Positions 61,299 to 64,000 of a stretch of 64,000 nt of DNA are shown one piece after another; the first letter of the stretch is position 1; each line of letters starts with the position of its first letter. The translations under genes were made by a program, and so were the position numbers. The DNA comes from Stellaceae bacterium (GTDB taxonomy: Bacteria > Pseudomonadota > Alphaproteobacteria > ATCC43930 > CGMCC-115725), in NCBI GenBank assembly GCA_036561245.1, contig DATBPQ010000102.1, positions 35,388 to 99,387 of the forward strand. Direction: 5' to 3'. Below the pieces are notes generated by a model. It had not been told where the DNA came from, made no database searches, and saw only the letters and a program-made list of their open reading frames with translations.

Positions 61299-62799
61299 CA
61301 AAGAAGCGATCGAGAAACTCCATCTTGTCACGCCGCCAGTTTGACGCGGCGCGGACCGGCTCGCCGAGTTCGAGATGATTGTCTTGCGCCGCGTCGTAAC
61401 GCGGCCAATCGACGCCCGCGCCGTTGGGATCGGCGGTGCGCGCGAACCGCACCCAGAGTTTCATCATGATCTCGGACAGCGACGCGTCGCTGGCATCGAA
61501 ATTGCTGCCCTTGCGCGACGGCGCGCCAAGCGAGCCGAACGCGAACGCCACTTCGTCGCCGTGATGAGGCCCGTCGGCCTGTCCCGCGCGGCGCTTTAGG
61601 AACAGATAGCGCCACGTGCCCTTGCCGCTTTTCGCCATCGCGCGCGACAAGGCCCAGACGCCGTAGTTGAATTGCGTATCGGCGAACATCTCGGCGACTT
61701 TCGGCAATACCTCCGCATCCGTCGCCGCGGGATATTGCTTCAGCGCCGCCTCGGTCGCAGCGCCGAAATTTTCCCGCGTGAAAGCGCTATAGGCGGCGAG
61801 ATCCTTCACCGGCCAGGCGCCGACGAAGCTCGAGCCTTCGTCGCGGTTGCTGCCGACAATGATCGGCATTGCGTGATAGTGGCCGGCGGCGAAGGCATCG
61901 CGCTCGTCCTGCGGAATGATCCAACCGTCGCGGATCGGCCGCAGCACCCGTGGCGTCGTGAGGCCGCGCACTTTCGGCACGAATAGCGGCGTCTTTTCCA
62001 GCAACTCCGCCACCGACATGCGGCGCAGCGCGCCAATGTCGGTGCCGAGCTTCAATCCGTATCCCTCGGCGTCGGCGAGACTGGCGAGCGGGCGGAACGC
62101 GCCGGGGCTTTCGAGAATCGCCTGCTGAAACATTCCCTTCCCCAGCGGAGACGTCAGCAGCAGCGACACCGACGCCGATCCGGCGGACACGCCGAACACC
62201 GTGACGCGGCCGGGATCGCCGCCGAAATTCGCAATGTTGTCGCGGATCCAGCGCAGCGCCGCGAGCTGGTCGAGCAGCGCGTAATTGCTCGACGACCGAT
62301 GCGGCGATTCCGACGTGAGACCCGGATGGGCGAGAAAGCCGAACACACCGACGCGATAGGTCGCGGTGATGAGGATCACGTCCTGCTTCGCGAATTTCTC
62401 GCCGTCGAACAGCACGTCGGACGCACTGCCGACCAGGAAGCTGCCGCCGAACAGCCACAGCATCACCGGCAATTTCTCGCCGGGCTTCGTCGGCGGCGCC
62501 CAGATGTTGAGGTTGAGGCAGTCCTCGCTTTGCTTGCCCGCGCGCGAGCTCGACGGGCCGCCCGGCGGCGGCGCGGGCTGCGGACAATCGGGGCCCCACT
62601 CCGTCACCTTGCGCACGCCGCTCCAATGGAGCGGCAGGCCGGGCGGACGCCAGCGCATTTCGCCGACCGGCGGCGCCGCGAACGGCACGCCTTTGAACAC
62701 GCGCACGCCGCCGTCGAGGGTCGCGCCTTGCAGCCAGCCCGCTTCGGTCGAAACGGTCAAGCCGCTCTCGCTGTTGTTGTTTCCTTGTCCTTCGGCCAT
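61282..62799 (-). CDS. Carboxylesterase type B (para-nitrobenzyl esterase-like)
   Basis: 505 aa. Motifs GVPFAAPPVGEMRW, EDCLNLNIW, WLFGGSF and the nucleophile elbow VTVFGVSAGSAS. Confidence 0.85.
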   Translation of the reverse strand: MAEGQGNNNSESGLTVSTEAGWLQGATLDGGVRVFKGVPFAAPPVGEMRWRPPGLPLHWSGVRKVTEWGPDCPQPAPPPGGPSSSRAGKQSEDCLNLNIWAPPTKPGEKLPVMLWLFGGSFLVGSASDVLFDGEKFAKQDVILITATYRVGVFGFLAHPGLTSESPHRSSSNYALLDQLAALRWIRDNIANFGGDPGRVTVFGVSAGSASVSLLLTSPLGKGMFQQAILESPGAFRPLASLADAEGYGLKLGTDIGALRRMSVAELLEKTPLFVPKVRGLTTPRVLRPIRDGWIIPQDERDAFAAGHYHAMPIIVGSNRDEGSSFVGAWPVKDLAAYSAFTRENFGAATEAALKQYPAATDAEVLPKVAEMFADTQFNYGVWALSRAMAKSGKGTWRYLFLKRRAGQADGPHHGDEVAFAFGSLGAPSRKGSNFDASDASLSEIMMKLWVRFARTADPNGAGVDWPRYDAAQDNHLELGEPVRAASNWRRDKMEFLDRFFDGKAG

Positions 62800-62898
62800 G
62801 CACGGCTCCTATGCGGCTGTTTATTCGCCCTGCGAAGTCATACTATCTTGCTCAATAGCGGACGTTGCAAAGTTTCCGCGCATAACGGGGAGGACAGA

Positions 62899-64000
62899 AT
62901 GAAGCGTCTCATCGGAATCGGCATTGTCGGATTTGCCGTCGCTTGGGCTGGCATGGCTTCGGCGGAAACCGTCAAGGTTGGCCTGATCATACCGTTCTCC
63001 GGCTCTTACGCGCAGTGGGGCGCGGAGACCAAAGGCGGCGTCAGGGTTTATCAGGAACTGCACGGCACCAAGGTCAACGGCAACGAGATCGAGATTGTCT
63101 TTCGCGACGAAGGCGGCATCGATCCGGCGCGCTCCAAGCAGCTCGCGACCGAGCTGATCCTGCGTGACCACGTCAATTTCCTGATGGGCTTCACGTTTAG
63201 CCCCGATGCGCTGTCGGTCGCCGACATCATCACCCAGGCGAAGATGCCGACCATCATCACCAACGCCGCGACCGGCTTTATCGTTCGCAAATCGCCTTAT
63301 TACGTGCGGGTGAGCTTCACCTTGCAGCAGGAATCGGCGCCGCTCGGCACCTGGGCGGCGAAGAACGGCATCAAGTCGGTGGACTCGGTGATCGCCGACT
63401 ATATTTCGGGCAAGGATTCCGAAGCCGGTTTCGTCAAAGCCTACACCGACGGCGGCGGCAAGGTGATTCAGGAAATCAAATATCCGACCACCGTCGCCGA
63501 CATCACGCCCTATTACGAGCGCGTGTTGCAGGACAAGCCTCAAGCGATCCAGGTGTTTGGCACCGGCGGTACCAACTCGCTGATGATGGTGAAGACCTGG
63601 GCGGCGCGGCTGCGTCCGCAAGGCATCGGCTTTATCGGCGCGTTGCAGATTCAGGAAAGCGACCTGCCGAGCATCGGCGACGCCGCCATCGGCCTGGTCT
63701 CGACGACGCACTATCCCGAACACGCGGACAACAAGCTGAACAAGGCGCTGCGGGCGCAATGGTTCAAGGATTACGGCGCCGATACGCAGCTGGTGCCCGA
63801 CATTGCGACCTGCTCCGCTTACGATGCGATGGAACTGATCTATCGCGCCGTCGCCAAGTTCGGCCCGAAAGTCACCGGCGACCAGGCGATCGGCTTTTAC
63901 AAGGGCATGACGATCGATAGTCCGCGCGGCTCGATCACGATCGACCCCAAGACCCGCGACGTGATTCAGAACATCTACGTCCAGAAAGTTGAGAAGGTGA
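62899..64000 (+). CDS. ABC transporter substrate-binding protein, LivJ/branched-chain amino-acid type (3' end outside the window)
   Basis: Not in the ORF track because it has no stop in the window. ATG at 62899 is preceded by GGGGAGG. My translation reads MKRLIGIGIVGFAVAWAGMASAETVKVGLIIPFSGSYAQWGAETKGGVRVYQELHG... and stays open to position 64000. Confidence 0.85.
   Translation, partial: MKRLIGIGIVGFAVAWAGMASAETVKVGLIIPFSGSYAQWGAETKGGVRVYQELHGTKVNGNEIEIVFRDEGGIDPARSKQLATELILRDHVNFLMGFTFSPDALSVADIITQAKMPTIITNAATGFIVRKSPYYVRVSFTLQQESAPLGTWAAKNGIKSVDSVIADYISGKDSEAGFVKAYTDGGGKVIQEIKYPTTVADITPYYERVLQDKPQAIQVFGTGGTNSLMMVKTWAARLRPQGIGFIGALQIQESDLPSIGDAAIGLVSTTHYPEHADNKLNKALRAQWFKDYGADTQLVPDIATCSAYDAMELIYRAVAKFGPKVTGDQAIGFYKGMTIDSPRGSITIDPKTRDVIQNIYVQKVEKV

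Noticed and set aside
62821-63759. 312-aa minus-strand ORF
   Set aside because: It is antisense to the LivJ-type binding-protein gene. That gene has an SD, a signal peptide and family motifs, but is missing from the track only because it runs off the window.
1-64000. Mobile element or genomic-island boundaries around the TPS module or the EPS locus
   Set aside because: I saw no integrase, transposase, tRNA gene or flanking direct repeats. By eye, base composition is uniformly high-GC apart from short promoter-like spacers. Horizontal origin cannot be supported from this window.

Overview
High-GC chromosomal window, probably from a Bradyrhizobiaceae/Nitrobacteraceae-type alphaproteobacterium. 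That assignment is an inference from gene content and a family-typical REP-like palindrome. I found no rRNA, tRNA, CRISPR array, transposase or integrase. There are 42 supportable CDSs in three blocks. (1) Positions 1-20.8 kb are mostly housekeeping: an MFS exporter, a small GT2/GT2/flippase set, hisZ, serC-serA, a PaaI thioesterase, a PhzF-family protein, adenine deaminase, an Lpp-like lipoprotein next to a YkuD L,D-transpeptidase, a DegP/response-regulator/histidine-kinase envelope module, an SDR and chrA. (2) Positions 20.8-41.4 kb hold a large Wzx/Wzy-type exopolysaccharide locus. It has an AlgD-like sugar-nucleotide dehydrogenase, two heparinase II/III-like proteins, a Wzy/O-antigen-ligase-like protein, a degenerate BY-kinase-like P-loop protein, an ExeA/GspA-like AAA+ protein with a LysM domain, glycosyltransferases, an FkbM methyltransferase, AsnB, a Wza-like exporter, a PCP and a priming transferase. 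(3) Positions 41.4-60.4 kb carry the most interesting feature, a five-gene minus-strand module that appears translationally coupled. It runs TpsB transporter, 3778-aa TpsA beta-helical exoprotein, Sec-exported TPR-CHAT caspase-like protease, 237-aa exported protein of unknown family, and CHASE2 class III adenylate cyclase. It has no toxin/immunity features and looks like a secretion-coupled proteolytic/cAMP signalling device that, to my knowledge, has not been characterised. The window ends with a HemD-like gene, a type-B carboxylesterase and a partial LivJ-type ABC binding protein. Many long ORFs in the supplied track are antisense or out-of-frame shadows typical of high-GC DNA, and I rejected them.
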